64,000 nt of DNA, taken from positions 2,235-66,234 of the IMG/VR virus record IMGVR_UViG_3300042356_000309. The stretch is one strand, 5' to 3'. The position numbers and the translations under genes were made by a program. The notes beneath the pieces were generated by a model. That model was not told the DNA's origin, did no database searches, and saw only the letters and a list, made by a program, of their open reading frames with translations. Positions 63,167 to 64,000 of the stretch are shown here, piece after piece. Every line of letters starts with the position of its first letter. Position 1 is the first letter of the stretch. This DNA comes from a virus (taxonomy: Duplodnaviria > Caudoviricetes).

Positions 63167-63538
63167 ATGAAAAATCTATTAAACTTCTGCACTGCTATCT
63201 TGGAAGATGGTGGTGCAACATTCAACCTAGCAACAGGTACATCTCCTGCAAGCGGATACATCGTGAGCGAGGCAGGTCATGAGGTAGTAATGCCTATGAT
63301 GAAGAACGAAGTCGCCAATCAGATATTCGTTACATCGGCAGTACGTCAGTACATCAGTGACAAGGGATTCGAGCTATCATTGGTAGAGAACTACCTTGGT
63401 GCATGGGTAGACAAGAACAAGCTGTACTTGGACATCAGCCGTGTATACGACAACGAGGAAGAAGCACGAGAGATGGCAATCAAGAACAATCAGATTGCAT
63501 ACTTTGATTTAAACACCTTAACAAGTAAGAACGTATGA
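63167..63538 (+). CDS. 123-aa putative SAM lyase-like protein, homolog of 571-942
   Basis: Same length and motifs as 571-942. Confidence 0.6.
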   Translation: MKNLLNFCTAILEDGGATFNLATGTSPASGYIVSEAGHEVVMPMMKNEVANQIFVTSAVRQYISDKGFELSLVENYLGAWVDKNKLYLDISRVYDNEEEAREMAIKNNQIAYFDLNTLTSKNV

Positions 63539-63780
63539 AGACAGGAAAGATAATACCGTCCGTTGGTTTCGGGAAAACTGACGGGCACATCAGAAAGCTG
63601 ACGATAGTTGAACAGCTACGGCAGATAGTTATGAGCAGGACAGATGGCACAATCGATCATCCTGCACATGGAAGGATACCTGTATCGTTAGAGCAGGCAG
63701 AACTATTCAAGGACTTTCCCGAGCAGTATCTGACATTGTTTCACCATAAAACCTTCAGCCATGATGACAATAATTCTTAA
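63535..63780 (+). CDS. hypothetical protein absent from the 401-1031 variant block
   Basis: ORF track; ATGA coupling. Confidence 0.55.
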   Translation: MKTGKIIPSVGFGKTDGHIRKLTIVEQLRQIVMSRTDGTIDHPAHGRIPVSLEQAELFKDFPEQYLTLFHHKTFSHDDNNS

Positions 63781-63856
63781 GATAATTTTCGTGTGTTTCG
63801 TATCTTTGTTTCTGATAGAGAAGTTTATCAAGTTCATTGAGAAGCACGGATACTAA
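63764..63856 (+). CDS. 30-aa single-TM peptide, homolog of 939-1031
   Basis: Hand translation. Confidence 0.7.
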   Translation: MTIILKIIFVCFVSLFLIEKFIKFIEKHGY

Positions 63857-63873
63857 CAATAAAAACTACGGCC

Positions 63874-64000
63874 TATGTACCAAGCAGTAATAATACCTTA
63901 CGGAGTACCCGAAGAGTGGGTACTAAATGTTTTGTTCGGGAACACAGACGAGGAGCGATTAATGGAGATAGCATCTCAGCTCCTCGAACTTGGTGTTAGG
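63874..64000 (+). repeat. 127-bp exact repeat of 1042-1168 (circularisation/assembly overlap)
   Basis: Base-by-base identity. Confidence 0.95.

Noticed and set aside
60043-63169. CRISPR array or integron attC sites
   Set aside because: The repeats are short, degenerate and non-palindromic, the intervening sequences are ORFs of variable length, and no cas or integrase gene is present.
63874-64000. Biological direct terminal repeat
   Set aside because: It matches an internal position, begins at a start codon and is exactly 127 nt, which fits an assembly k-mer overlap better.
1-64000. Stop-codon reassignment
   Set aside because: Long genes are intact in the standard code, and TAA, TAG and TGA all serve as stops.

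Overview
The window holds essentially one complete, probably circular ~62.8 kb genome of a podovirus-type tailed phage. Bacteroidetes-type TAnnTTTG promoters, SD-less A-rich start contexts and BT4734/VirE-N and DUF3127-like genes point to a Bacteroidota (Flavobacteria-like) host. The last 127 nt are identical to 1042-1168, and 401-1031 is a diverged second version of 62994-63856, so the contig looks lasso-shaped. The + strand (59.3 kb through the end, then 1-13.3 kb) carries small early ORFs and recombination/replication genes; I found no DNA or RNA polymerase and no integrase. The - strand (58.6 to 13.3 kb) carries basic proteins, GroEL/GroES, tail fibres, lysis genes, terminase, portal, scaffold, capsid, tail and ejection proteins, ending in a 3192-aa polyvalent protein. 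Highlights: (1) a peptide O-glycosyltransferase-like gene coupled to a Cys-rich tail protein with four mucin-like poly-Thr tracts; (2) two intact hammerhead ribozymes in a structured early leader; (3) one SAM-lyase-like domain present both as free early genes and inside the giant ejected protein; (4) a complete small phage gene nested out of frame in the giant ORF, plus an A10 slippery site that opens a second frame; (5) a ~280 bp non-periodic purine-pyrimidine alternating tract, and degenerate inverted repeats bracketing the early region. All family assignments come from motif recognition by eye, not from database searches.
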